A stretch of 64,000 bases of DNA from Octopus sinensis (GCF_006345805.1 NW_021833436.1:1-64000), one strand, 5' to 3'; shown: positions 1 through 13,207, counted from the stretch's first letter. Made by a program: numbers and translations. Notes: generated by a model from the letters alone, not told the origin.

Positions 1-1328
1 ATGTACTCAAAGCCTTGGGAACAGGTTCGAACTCTGACGTCATATATCTTGATTTCAGCAAAGCGTTCGACAGGGTAGACCATAACATACTACTCTCGAA
101 ATTGGCAAATGTTGGAATCCGTGGAAAAGTTCTACACTGGATACAGTATTTCCTGGCGAATAGAACACAACATGTTGTAGTTGATGGAGTCCACTCAAAC
201 CCAGCAAAAGTCACCAGCGGTGTTCCCCAGGGAACTGTTTTGGGTCAGCTACTCTTCATAATTTACGTAAACGACCTTTCCAGTGTCGTACATCACTGCA
301 AAGTGAAAATATTCGCTGATGACACTAAGCTCCATCAAATCGTCAATGAAGAAGCAGACCGAACTCAACTCCAGTCTGATCTATATGCTGTGAGTCAATG
401 GGTAGACAGAAGCAAAATGCAACTGAATGAGGGAAAATTTGAGCTGATGCATTTTGGAAGAAATTCCTCACTAAAACAACCATACTCTCTTCCTTCAGGG
501 GAACCGCTCACAGCCTCTAACAATATCAGAGACCTGCGTGTAATTGTTGATGACGATCTCAGTTGGAGTGCACACATCAACAAGAAGGTCGATATAGCTC
601 GTAGGATGAGTTCCTTGATCTTAAGAACTTTCCGGTCCAGAGAACAAGGTGTCATCATACCACATTTTTCCTCCTTTGTACGGCCACACCTTGAATACTG
701 CTGCCCACTGTGGTCTCCTCACACAAGACAAAACATCTCCAGAATTGAGTCACCCCAGAGGGCTCTCACTAAACAAATTGAAGGCATGGCTGCTCTCGAT
801 TATTGGGATCGCCTTAAAGCCTTGAAACTTTACTCCCTCCAGCGTCGCCGTGAGCGGTACATCATTTGTACGATGTGGAAAATATACCGCCAACTTTACC
901 CAAACGACCTAAACATTAGCTTCAAGGTTCATCCAAGACTTGGACCACGGGCTATACGTCCCCTGCCAAATTCAAGATCACAACATACATGTACACTGCA
1001 ACATAATTTCTTTTCCTCAATAGGCCCTGCCCTATTTAACATTGTCCCGAGGGAGATCAAAGAGGAAAAGGATCCCATCAACTTTAAACAGAGTCTGATA
1101 GATTCCTTCAAAGAATACCAGATAAGCCACCCATAATTGGATACAACTCACCCAACAAGAACTCACTACTTGAACAAAACTGGATACAACTCACCCAACA
1201 AGAACTCACTACTTGAACAAAACTTGACTTAAACAGGATTCGAATAATCCTATCAGGTGGTGCTATTAAGTTAGACATAGCCTGGACCAATCTCTGGTCG
1301 AAACATATCTAAGTTTTATCTAAGTTTT
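1..1328 (+). mobile_element. CR1-type (APE-class) non-LTR retrotransposon, 3' part with reverse transcriptase; 5' end lies outside the window
   Basis: ORF 15-1136 has RT motifs YLDFSKAFDRVDH, SGVPQGTVLG and FADD. A frameshift near 1097 hides the C-terminus DRFLQRIPDKP. The 3' tail is (ATCTAAGTTTT)x2 at 1307-1328, followed by (TA)n. Confidence 0.9.
1138..1223. repeat. 43-bp exact tandem duplication at the LINE ORF end
   Basis: TGGATACAACTCACCCAACAAGAACTCACTACTTGAACAAAAC at 1138-1180 and 1181-1223. Confidence 0.95.
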
Positions 1329-2937
1329 ATATATATATATATATATATATATTCATATTTATATATATATGAAAAACATAAAGACATAGAAGACGTTGAA
1401 ATATTTCTTTACTTTTGCTGAATTTTTCTTGCCACTAGGATCGAGGAATGGATTTCAGTATCTAGTTTACTGGTGCAAATAACAAGAAATCAATTTAAGT
1501 TAACTTATGCGATAGGATAAGATTCATCGTAATTATTTCTAAGTTAGACCCAAATCCTGTAATTTGAAGAGGATAGCTTGTAGTTGATTACATTGAATAC
1601 GGAGGAATACAAGGTAAAGTTGACCTCGGAGTGATATAAGTTCAAATTGTAAAAAGCCAGAAAATATACTCCGAATCATTTCCAAAGCTGTAACATATCT
1701 ATCAATCGAACAAATTTGTAGTGGAAGTCATATTAAGACGTGAATATGTGTGAAGTTCCATCTCGTAGTGACCGTGAAATTAACAAATACTATTCCACTA
1801 TATTATTATTTATAGTCTACTTTATGATGTTCCCTAACTCTTCTAGTAACAGTAAATGTCATAGCTCAGTATTTTAAGAAACTATTGAAAGAGAAACAAA
1901 GAATAACTAGAGATGCAATTATAACAGTAAATGCTCGTTGTTGTTGTTGTTTTATAACATTGCAATTTCACAGTATTAACATCCATACTTATAATTCACA
2001 TAAATCATATAATTGGGAAATAGCATGAGCACCTGAATTTCCCATTCTCTGGTCCTTCTGTATGTGATCGTGCACTTTAAGTTTGACAATACAATGCAAC
2101 TCCAGACATCTGTGTTGTTTGACTGGCTAGAAATAGCAGTTAAATCACTTTTACATCACACCAACCGCCACAAGAAATGTACGTCACATAGGGCCACGTC
2201 TACATAGTGATGTACAAAAAGAAACGTCGTGGAGGAGATACCTGCAATATTAAGTCATCTCATTGTCTAGGACAACTCCAAGGCTAGACAACTGTTGCTG
2301 CTGCAGCACCTCATCCACTTCCACTTCATCCCCTCCAGCACCTCCCCCCTCCTCCTCCTCCTCCTAATACTACTACTACTACCACCACCACCACCACCAC
2401 TACTACTACTACTATACTACTACTACTAATATTACCACCACATTAATAAATTTCTAAAGCTATACTTTGCATTCAGCTTGAAAAGCACATACTTATATCA
2501 TAAGAAGTATGTGATTATCTGTCATATTAATTTTAACTATTAATTTTAACTATTAATTCATATTAATTTTAACTATTGACACACATTGCTGACTTCCCTA
2601 GAAGACAAAGTTACTAATTTTGTAAGAAAGATTTAAGAATAGGTACAACTTAGTTAAAGAGATAACTCTGTTATTGTTAAACGTTATGAATATAAATGAT
2701 ACAGAAAATTTGCTGTACATAAGCAAATATGTAAATGCAAAATCTTTATTATTTTCTTTTATAAAGTAAATCTATTCCATTTCCTACTTTTCTACATAAT
2801 TGTCTTGTTTATTTACAATGCGAAAATCGTACTCGACTAAAATACATTAGACAAATTTACTGTTATTCATGTAAATCTTGCATAAATAATAGCACTGCCT
2901 ATTTCAGTAATCAAATAGTTTTCGAGTCTCTAGAAGC

Positions 2938-3640
2938 AGGATTTTAGATTAAATTTGTCAACTATTTATGTGTCCTCTTTTCAAGAGAAGCGTCATATAT
3001 TGGTGAACAATCAACAGCGTTGGGAAGCATAAAGATAAAAGTTGTAGTTGAGAAAACTTTAGCTAACATATAGGAATGGAAGCCATCTGAATGTTGGTAA
3101 GGATTTACCTGTATCATGGTCAATAGCAGCGAGTATTCAAACGCCGACATCATGATTTCGGTTCAAAGAGTGATTTGTGAGAAATGTAGAGGCTGTAAGA
3201 TGTGATATGTACATCATGGAAACAAAGTTACCCCAAAGTTGCTGGAATGATTCGTCTCCTTGCTCTATCTCAAGTGGTTGTCGTAAAATATTTACGAATT
3301 CACCAGCCCTAATTTCTGGGATCCTAATTTCCCCAATTTTAATTCAACGGGTTACTATGTGTTGGGTGCAGTTGAGAAAGTCATCAAGTGCGCTGCCTGC
3401 AACGCTAAGGCCGAGGTGTTCGAAGAGTTACCTTTGTACACATTGAGAAATGCATGTACCAAGTTTCGGACCTGTCTTGAGGCCGTGTTGGAAATTGAGG
3501 CCGCTACCTTGAGTAAAGAATTATTTTCTAACCACAATCTCGTTAATATCTAAAAACAAAAATATATATTTTATTTTTGGATGGAATATTGTATTTTCTT
3601 GATATTTTATGCAAACTATCTAATTTAACCCGAACACAGC
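2938..3640 (+). mobile_element. Internally deleted Tc1/mariner (maT-like) transposon remnant
   Basis: Degenerate transposase C-terminus (YYVLGAVE..ACNAKA..LRNACTKFRTCLEAVLEIE). Ends resemble the TIR CAGGGTGTTCAGGTTAAATTTG seen at 56881-56902. Confidence 0.7.
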
Positions 3641-4528
3641 TCAAAGAAGTGGGGGAGCAATATTTCAATTACGTCGACTCTAATAGAATACTTGTTATTT
3701 CATCGATACTAAAGAGAAGGAAAACCAAAGTTCAATCTGAGTTCAAATAACACCCTGTCGGCAAAATCTGAACTCCGGATATGAAAAGTTGTGGATTTGT
3801 TCTTCATCCGTCTTTTTCTACTTTAATTTTGCAAATTACCATATTTTCTGTACATTAGTTATGATAAATTTATCAAAATTTTGTTTTTGTATAACTGCAC
3901 TTCAATGACTGAATCCAATATACGTGAATGTTGGGTTTCTTAGTTTTATTTTAGAGTGTTACGTTTATATCTGTATGAGAAGCGTGGAAATGTGTTTCTG
4001 AAAGCCTAAACTACATTGTGGGCATAATTCTAAACAACCGAGCCTATTAAAAACACTTTTTTTCAATCCAAGTTACATTAAATTTGGTTAAATCCGACAG
4101 TCCAATATATTCTCATATGTTAGGTACGTCTATAGGAACGTATGTTTGTATGTAAAAATATAGTTTTAAAACACAAATGGGGAATTCATTACATTCTGAT
4201 GCGTTTAAAAATGTTAAGTCATTTCTCTCCTACCTGCAAAACACGGGACACACCACCGGATTATATGCAGATTTTGAGCTGCATCAGAGTGGGTGAAAAT
4301 AACTGCACTGAGTGATCATTTGACTGGTCCTAACTACATAATATAGTCCAGAATGCATTGTGCAAGAACAAATTAATCGGAATATCATGATTGATTATGG
4401 CTACGCTTGGGCTTAACAACAACAATAACAAGAATATCAATAAGATTCTATAATGGTAAAATATACATCGAATAATAAAATGTATTTGCATGCTTATTCT
4501 TGATCTGTGATTTACGTTTGTTTTTCAG

Positions 4529-4767
4529 AAAAGTGGCCAAACGAAAACTTTTATTTTGGATTGTGTAAAGACATGAAGAAAGACGTCTTTCTATGGCAGA
4601 ATGGAGAAGCACCTACTTATGATTTCTGGATGGTGGATAGGCCTGACAATCATGGTGGCATTCAGCACTGTGGACTTTTAGACCAGAGAAGTAATCACAG
4701 ATGGAATGATGAAGGTTGCAACGAGCAGGGCTGTGAGAGATATATATGCGAGATAGTCATGCAATAA
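4529..4767 (+). CDS. Terminal coding exon of C-type lectin gene copy A; upstream exons lie outside the window
   Basis: Acceptor TTTTTCAG at 4521-4528. Translates (x)KWPNENFYFGL..VFLWQNGE..FWMVDRPDNHGGIQHCGLL..WNDEGC..YICE*, the C-terminal half of a CTLD. Paralogous to 57813-58045. Confidence 0.88.
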
Positions 4768-4799
4768 ATGTGTAACTGGAAGAACTGTAATTACACAAG

Positions 4800-4813
4800 C
4801 ACAAACAAACAAA

Positions 4814-4856
<43 letters not shown>

Positions 4857-5045
4857 GCACACACACGCACACACACACACACACACACGCACGCTCACAC
4901 ATGCACAACCATGCATACATACAGAATCACACTATTTATGTAAGTATATATATATTTGTGTACGTATACATATATACCTATATATATGTATAAGTATGCA
5001 TATATTCATATACATACATACATCCATACACACACACAAACACGC
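4800..5045. repeat. (CA)n/(TA)n compound microsatellite
   Basis: Direct reading; it explains the HTHT/YIYI ORFs. Confidence 0.95.
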
Positions 5046-5230
5046 GCATGTTAATGGGCAATATATGGATTTATATAATCCGGTGGTAATCACACAAAAA
5101 ACTGCTGTAGTGGAACGAACTACAAACCACATAATAAACCAATGCCTATGAGGGTATTGTAGAATCCTATGCATTTAGAATTCAGTTAATCCAATCAGTG
5201 AAGATCATTTCAGGAGAAATATATAGAATA

Positions 5231-5260
5231 CTAGCAGAGATACCCGGCGTTGCCCGTGTT
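5231..5260 (-). mobile_element. Helitron-type 3' terminus (non-autonomous element end)
   Basis: Minus strand reads CACGGGCAACGCCGGGTATCTCTGCTAG: a GC-rich hairpin-like segment followed by CTAG. A similar end lies at ~55324-55352. Confidence 0.6.
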
Positions 5261-6692
5261 ACATGCTATTGAAGAATTAGACTTTTCATATTTTTATATG
5301 ATTCAAATTTCATCAAAATTGGAGATTAAGAATTTTAATTAGAGTTCTTTCCTTCTTTACGCACACTAACAAACATTATAATTATGACTATTTATCCGAT
5401 ACTACTCATCTTTATGCCCAAATCCCAAAATCCAAACCTTATAAGAGCTATTCAAAGGTTTTTGGTCCTGAAAAAAAAAAGAGTACATGGAGCTCTAAAA
5501 TGTGGGAGTTAAGGCCCCTATTAGGGGGTCATCAAGTCAAGTAGAGAAGTTGACTTGTTGGGAATCTTTTTTAACTTGTGTCTTATATCTATTGTTTAAA
5601 TTTCTTTGAACTCGGAAATATATGAATGTTCACTGGGTTTGTAAAAGAGAGCAAAGCTACAGGAAACCAAGAGACGAATGATCACAATAATCAGTCAGCT
5701 AGAAATTAGAAGGGCGTGACCCAGCTGAAATAAACATTAACAACTCTGTGACGTAAGGGTTAAAGGGAAATGAAAGTGTCACCTCTGGGGTTTGCCAATA
5801 GTCGCTATACCGATAGCTAACTGAACAGAATAAATTTGCAATCTATAAATCTATTTGAATGGCCAGTCACTTATCTGGAAAGGCCTTGAAATCAATGTTA
5901 TCATCTGGGGACGATCTCAAAGAAGGTCTGCAACCAAATCACTTTACGCAAAATAACACTTTGCAACTGAACCAGTGTAGGCTAACATGCCTCTCCTTAG
6001 TTGACAATTTATGCACCACTTTTCAGAAATCACAATCTAAGTATTTTACAAAAGATTTTAAATATTAAATAAATTAAAAATTCATAAGAATTTAATAAAA
6101 TTAAACACCTAAAAATATAATAACTATATATATATAGAATGGACTAAACATAAAGAAACCTTCATTGACTATTTTATAACCTTGTCAAATTAAACCACCT
6201 ATCTATATAAACTTTGATAATTTTTTGTGAAATTTACCCCTATCAATACTAGTATATATTACCATTATTACAGTAAAAAACAGTAAAAAACCTCTACATA
6301 TGTTATAAATGTATTGAATAAATCTAGTAAATGAAAATATCTACCGCAATTAATAAAGGAAGAATATTTATCTGCATGTTTACTCCTTCTTTAACCTGTG
6401 CAAATGGTTGAACCTTCTGTTCTGCGCTAAGTATTATGAGAATAAAAACACTACTCTAAAAACAAAAAATTCTTTAAGACTAATATCATTTGAAAGGTTG
6501 AATTCAAGGGGAGATAATTATAAGATACTCTTTAGGTATATTTGGATTTTTCTCGTGTTAAAGATTTAGAGATTTATTTTATTTAATATGTGGCCAGTAT
6601 AATTCTTTTTAAAGTAATATTCTTTACATTTATTCTTGCTTTTTGGTATATCCGTATCTAATACTATTATATTGTTCTATTAAAACTACTTT

Positions 6693-6758
<66 letters not shown>

Positions 6759-6770
6759 TATATATATATT

Positions 6771-6804
<34 letters not shown>

Positions 6805-6832
6805 TGTATGTATGTATGTATGTATGTATATA

Positions 6833-8191
6833 TTAGCAGTTAAGCCTGGTTTCACCCGGTCTGTTTGGATGATATGGCTGAGATCGTTCGGTTAGGCATA
6901 ATCTGTAACACCGTTTCTCAACCTTATCATTTCGGGTTCCCTGTTTCGATTGGAGCTTCCAGCTGTATGGAAATTCATCTCCCCCACTCCTGCTTCAGGA
7001 ATTGTGAAGGAAGAATTTGTACGTAGTCTGTTTCTGAGAGCTATTGTATTGGATCTCTGTCTAATTATTAAAACATTTATTTAATTATGAACATAGAAAG
7101 AAATTATACATTAATCCCTATTTTTGTAAGTAGTTGTATCCGTAAAAATATTTTTGCAAAGAGCAGAAATTGAAAGAAGATATGTGAAATGGACGTGTGT
7201 GTGTGTGAGAGAGAGAGTGTGTGTGTATGTGTGTGTTTGTGTGTATGCGTGCGTTCGCCTGTGTATGTGAGAGAGAAAGAGAGATAGAGTGAGTGAGTGA
7301 AGGTGTGTCTCACTAAGTTATGTTGGTTGGCACGGCGACTACGAAGCTTTTGAGGCGGCAGATGAATGGTGTGATTTGAAAGATGTGAAGAAATGCCGTC
7401 TTTTCAGTGGAGCGCTTCTTTGTAGGCAACGTTTCTCGTTTTCCCTTCTGATGCACAAATGTATAGACTTTGTGGCCTGCCAACACGGGAGCATCCAACG
7501 TAAAGTTGACCGTGAGAGGAAACTTGCTCTGTGAGATTTAAACCAACCATTTGCAATGATTGAACCTGTGCCTTATTTATTGTCATTGCAAAGGAGAGTT
7601 TGAGAGGAAATTGAAGCTGCTTAAACTTGTAGATCGTACCGGAGGGAGTGAGGGATATTGGAAGTATAAGAACAGCTTGACCAGCGCCTCAATGAGAAGA
7701 TTCCCCATGGCTGAGCCACGACTAACATTGCAAGTTGGACTTTCCTGTTTGGTCAGGTCTAGTGGTGATTTGAAGGCTGAGTGTGCCGTACGACCGCCAT
7801 GCAGTAGAGTTGCCGCAATGCCGCTGGATGCAACCCCTATGGCAATCCGATTATCCTGGCGAATTTTGGCTAGCAGGAGGTTCATGAGAAAAGTTTTTCC
7901 GGTTCTGTCGGGAGCATCCAATAAAGCAGAAATTGAAAGAAGATATATGAAATGGATGTGTGTGTGTGTATGTGTGTGCTTTTCCGGCTAATTTGACGGA
8001 ATTTTGCAGTCAGCAGGAGGTGGTTTGAGTTTATCTCTCGAGTCGATGTGTTGTTAATTTGTCTGTTATAGCAATGCCCAGACAAGTGAAAATGTCTTCG
8101 TTTTTTACTCCATCGCCTGCAGTAAAAGGAGTCAAGAGCCCTTCTCCGTAAAAAAATTTTACTTTTGTAATATAGGACTGGGTGGAAAGGA

Positions 8192-8243
<52 letters not shown>

Positions 8244-8420
8244 TGCGTGTGTGTGTGCTTGATGGGGTGTACGATATGGCCGAGAGAGTTAACTGAAATT
8301 TTGTTATTCACTTGTAGTGAGTGAATGTGTGAGAAAAGGAAAGAGAGTTTGAGTATGTTAGCGGGGAAATTCCATTAGAACATGTTTTAATCGATTTTCT
8401 TAGTAACTGTGGGGGCTAGA
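6833..8420 (-). mobile_element. Internally deleted Helitron with PIF1-type helicase fragments
   Basis: ORF 7583-7921(-) has Walker A DAPDRTGKTFL and VASSGIAATLLHGGRTAHSAFK. The helicase C-terminus SHGQLYVGCSRVG...KTRNVAYKEAL lies at ~7404-7520(-). The 3' hairpin plus CTAA end is at 6833-6870. The 5' boundary is approximate. Confidence 0.85.
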
Positions 8421-8556
8421 AAAGAAAATACAAAATGCATTCCAATCTATGTATCCGTCTTCACATGTGTGCCATTTTTCACACGAATCCACACTACCGT
8501 TTGGCTTTGAACCTCAAGACAAGAAAGAATACAACGCTCGGCCATGTGCAATTTAT

Positions 8557-8850
<294 letters not shown>

Positions 8851-9124
8851 AAGGTAGATTGATAGATGCAATTGATTGTGCAAATGAAAATATGAGACAC
8901 TGCTTTGAAGAATTTTTTGTCGAACGGATCGACCTCAGGGCTATTATATATTTTGATAAGCCTAGTAATTATTCTATCAGTCACTTCTTGTCAAACCAGT
9001 AAGCTACGGAGATGTAAATATACCAAAATCAGTTGTCAAGCAGTGATGAAGAAGAAACACAGACACAAAGACACACATACACTTAGATATATGCATATAT
9101 ATATACGATGGATTTCTTTCAGTT

Positions 9125-9237
9125 TCTGTTTACCAAATCCGCTCAGAAGACTTTGTTTGATCTGAGGCCTTAGCAGAAGACACATAACAAGTTACCACAC
9201 AGTGGGACTGCTTTGGAACCAAGTTTCTTACCACTCA

Positions 9238-9238
<1 letters not shown>
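9125..9238 (-). mobile_element. tRNA-derived SINE fragment
   Basis: Degenerate reverse complement of the SINE head at 9569 and 10038. Confidence 0.6.
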
Positions 9239-9283
<45 letters not shown>

Positions 9284-9289
<6 letters not shown>

Positions 9290-9452
9290 CATGCTTTAAA
9301 TAAAAGCAGCAGAAATATAACAAAAGCTGTTACTTAGAGTTTCACATTCCCGTTCGTAAAATGGAACAGAAATAACGATAAAGCATATTACTCTATCTCT
9401 GGTATTTGAGTACTCTTTTTTCCACCTTGTTTCGTATTTATGTGCGTACTCC

Positions 9453-9502
<50 letters not shown>

Positions 9503-9938
9503 ATATATATATAATATATATATATATATTATATATATATATAGATATATATATATATATATATATATAGGAATGGTTGTGTGGTAAGTAAGTTTCTTAC
9601 TAACCAGATAGTTCTGGGTTCAGTCCCATTGCATGGCACCTTGGGCAAATGTCCTCTACTATAACCTCTATATGTATGTATGTATGTATACATATACATA
9701 TGTAACATGTGCACACACACATATATATATATACACATATATACATTCATATGAATATTTATACATATACACATATTAATACCTTAATATATATAAGGTG
9801 GAAAAAAGAGTACTCAAATACCAGAGATAGAGTAATATGCTTTATCTTATTTCTGTTCCATTTTACGAACGGGAACGTGAAACTCTAAGTAACAGCTTTT
9901 GTTATATTTCTGCTGCTTTTATTTAAAGCATGTTCATA
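9284..9938. repeat. Inverted pair (~145 bp arms, 9284-9428 and 9795-9938) of a Penelope pseudo-LTR-like repeat
   Basis: The arms are near-perfect reverse complements. The same family occurs at 10865-10950 and 12860-13062, next to the GIY-YIG ORF. Confidence 0.8.
9569..9668 (+). mobile_element. tRNA-derived SINE, 5' head only
   Basis: A-box-like TGGTTGTGTGG and B-box-like GGTTCAGTCCC. Confidence 0.75.
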
Positions 9939-10037
9939 TATAAAATTATATAGAACAAAATTAGATATACGATAAAACATTTACTTATAATTAAGTAAAG
10001 TACAAAATAATAAATAAATAGTATATATATATATATA

Positions 10038-10250
10038 GGAATGGTTGTGTGGTAAGTAAGTTTCTTACTAACCAGATAGTTCTGGTTCAGTCCCATTGCA
10101 TGGCACCTTGGTCAGATGTCCTCTACTATAACCTCTGGCCGCCCAAAAGAGACCGATAGAATAAGTACAGCGTTTACAAAGAATAAGCCTTGGGGTCGAT
10201 TAAATTGGTTGTCCAATATGACCGCAGACAAATAAATGAAACAAGTTAAT
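10038..10250 (+). mobile_element. tRNA-derived SINE
   Basis: Head nearly identical to the 9569 copy; continues into the SINE body and an A-rich tail. Confidence 0.75.
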
Positions 10251-10433
10251 AAATAAAGGAATGTATATATATATATATACATATGTATATTTGAGTAGAA
10301 AAATGAAATATCTTTTTATGGATAATTCGTTTAACCGATACCTGGGTAGAAAATTCACATCAGAAATAACACGGTTGAAGTTACGTGCCTAGGGCAGAGA
10401 CTACGTGTTTTCGTGTGGAAATTTGTGTCTATT

Positions 10434-10811
10434 TTTATAAAATTTATGAATAAATGAAAGAATGGAGTTGAACGACAAATTAACAAATTTCCTTTATTTT
10501 CGACATATGTTTCGAAGGCTGCATATTCCTAATTGTGAAGGAATAAGGAGTACATTATGCCGCTTTCTCATCAGGAAAAACAAGGAATTTATGTCAACAT
10601 CAAGATTCCCAAAAACTTTTAGATGACTGCTGTCACGGAGCAGAATCTTGATGTTGACATAAATTCCTTGTTTTTCCTGATGAGAAAGCGGCATAGTGTA
10701 CTCCTTATTCCTTCACAATTAGGAATATGCAGCCTTCGAAACATATGTCGAAAATAAAGGAAATTTGTTAATTTGTCGTTCAACTCCATTCTTTCATTTA
10801 TTCATAAATTT

Positions 10812-10817
<6 letters not shown>
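10434..10817. repeat. 174-bp near-perfect inverted repeat (10434-10607 / 10644-10817) with a 36-bp spacer
   Basis: One mismatch seen between the arms; each arm contains a hammerhead motif. Confidence 0.95.
10672..10754 (+). ncRNA. Type I hammerhead ribozyme motif (PLE-type); mirror copy on the - strand at ~10497-10579
   Basis: Stem I TTTTC/GAAAA; core CTGATGA at 10677-10683; stem II GAAAGCGGCATA/TATGCAGCCTTC; GAAA at 10738; palindromic stem III ACATATGT; cleavage triplet GTC. Confidence 0.8.
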
Positions 10818-10853
<36 letters not shown>

Positions 10854-10897
10854 ATATATATATACTTTATTTAAAGCAGCAGAAAATTCAACAATAT

Positions 10898-10935
10898 CTG
10901 TTACTCTGAGTTTCTCGTTGCCGTTCATCAGACAG
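10898..10935 (-). ncRNA. Minimal type I hammerhead ribozyme motif
   Basis: CTGT-CTGATGA-ACG GCAA CGA-GAAA-CTCAGAG-TA-ACAG. Stem I CTGT/ACAG, quasi-palindromic stem III ACTC(A)GAGT, triplet GTA. Confidence 0.7.
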
Positions 10936-12117
10936 TTTTTGCTAGAATGGAACTGATATATCAATTCAATCCAGACTCTTACAAACGCTACACCTTTAAA
11001 AAAAATGGACTTGTTTGATTGGCTCTTTAGAAATAACGGTCAATCTTCGAGCGATAAACAAAGAAATGAGCTCAAAAATATATGTATATATATATAAAAA
11101 AATTATAAAAATTATAAAAATTATAAAATTCGAGGAAAAAACCTTACATTGAATAAAATACATATTGACGTTAATGAAGGAAATATAATTAATGCATGGA
11201 AATTAAAAGCATTATAAATATTACACTGCAATACATATTCATATTAAAGTGTACATATATATATCAACATACACAGAAGGATGCGTGCAAACGCCATACA
11301 TATACAGACGTATAAATATAAATCTAAAATATACACACCAATGCATGCATACATATATGTACGCAATCTGTCTCGCACGCAAGTTAAAATCATCGATGCT
11401 AATGTAGCGTTTCTTATTTACGGAGTAAAGCTTAAGTAAGGGGGACGCAAAGTTGTATGTACCAGTATCAGTTAGAGAAAAAAAACGAAAGAAAAGAAGA
11501 GAGAGAAAAAGGAACGAAGAAGGGGGAAGGAAAAAAGAAAAAGGAGGGGTGGGGTAAAAACGAAATAAGAAAAATTAAGTATACAAGCTGTGTAACCGCG
11601 TTATTGACATATATAGAGACAAGTATAAAAATACACAAGTTCGAATGGATACATACACATACACTCGCGTATGTGTGTGCTTAAGCACAAACATACGCTC
11701 ACTTACACAGACACAGAGACGTATGCTTACAAATACATATCCATGGCTATACACATATTTACATCAAAATTCTAAGTTTTGACAACATTGCTTTTTAAAA
11801 AAGGTGAGTGCAATAATGAAAAATATACGAAAGACATATAAAAATATAACACCCTATGTTGGATCATCTATAAATTAAAAATCAAGGTAATCCTATACAA
11901 TACAATAACATGAAATAATCAAAGCCGAAGGTTTTTCCTAATGTATATGTAGAAATATAAACAAAATAAACAAAATATATGCATGAGACTTTGCTATACG
12001 GAATGAAATCTGCATAGCGCGTAACAAATCCATCGTCGCGTTTACATACTAGTCCAAGAGTCAAAATCAATATTTCAAAAATCAAAAATACAAAATATAT
12101 ACTCTATCTATATGGTA

Positions 12118-12804
12118 TATTATATTTGACATTTTAAATTTGGTTGCGTGCCTACATAAGTTCATTAGCTCACTTCTTTGATTCAAAGAATTATTGTCTT
12201 TGAATAAAATATACAGTTTCTCTAATAGGCAAAGCTTGCATTAAAAATTATTTCTGTGTGCTCCATGCCTGTATGGTGCCGCTCTATCCAGAATGCTCCA
12301 TGTCACGTTGAAAGGTGGGGTTTCCTTTCCTTTTAGTTCCCAGACATATTTTGCTAGGCTGGTCCTCTTCCTATTCTCTGGGTATCTAAATGAATTTTTA
12401 TGTGAATAAAATCGTGTTTTAAATGAATTTTCTGAAGCCCCTGTATATGTCTTGTATTCCGATGAGCCTTCTATTTGCACCTTGGCTCTATAAACTACTC
12501 CTTTAACTAGACATTTCCCTTCTAACGGACACGAGTTTTCGTTTTTGAAATTGCATTTCTTAATGGGCTCGGCACCATGTCTAATCTCAATCAGATTCCT
12601 AGTATGCTGGCTAATGTAAGAGGCGAAATTTCTGCAACAAGAATAGCTAACCTTCAGGGTTCTTCTATTAAATATCCTATAGAATTTATGGCCCTGCTTA
12701 AAATGCTTAGAGACTAATCTCAAAAATGCCTTACCTATATTAGTCTTTACGGCCAAATTGAAAGCCCATTCGTTTTTTTCTCTAACTGATACTGGTACAT
12801 ACAA
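12118..12804 (-). mobile_element. Penelope-like retroelement, 3' GIY-YIG endonuclease region (pseudogenised)
   Basis: ORF has TNIGKAFL..KHF..IFNRRTLKVSYSC, CPLEGKC, GVVYRAKV..YTGASENSFKTRFYSHKNSF. After an in-frame TAA at 12241-12243 it continues CKLCLLEK..LNQRSEL..CRH. Confidence 0.88.
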
Positions 12805-12924
12805 CTTTACGTCCCCCTTACTTAAGCTTTACTCCGTAAATAAGAAACGCCACATTAGCATCGATGATTTTAACTTGCGTGCGAGATAGATTGCGTACAT
12901 ATATCGGTTCCATTTTAGCAAAAA

Positions 12925-12962
12925 TTGTCTGATGAACGGCAACGAGAAACTCAGAGTAACAG
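12925..12962 (+). ncRNA. Minimal hammerhead motif in the inverted pseudo-LTR (12860-13062) upstream of the PLE fragment
   Basis: TTGT-CTGATGA-ACGGCAACGA-GAAA-CTCAGAG-TA-ACAG; same family as 10898-10935. Confidence 0.65.
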
Positions 12963-13159
12963 ATATTGTTAAATTTTCTGCTGCTTTAAATAAAGCATAT
13001 TTCTCTACCACTGGTATTTGAGTACTATTTTTTCCACCTTGTTTCACATTTATGTGTTTACTCCGGTATATATATATATATATATATATACGTTACCTAT
13101 TATGCGTATATATATCAAGTTTATATTTCTGTGCGTGCGCATGTGTTCATGCATGTATG

Positions 13160-13193
<34 letters not shown>

Positions 13194-13207
13194 TATATGT
13201 ATGTATG

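Noticed and set aside
9569-9668. tRNA gene
   Set aside because: It has A/B boxes but no cloverleaf and continues into a SINE body, so it is a tRNA-derived SINE.
12241-12243. Selenocysteine recoding in the PLE ORF
   Set aside because: The in-frame stop is TAA, not TGA, and is not at a conserved Cys position.
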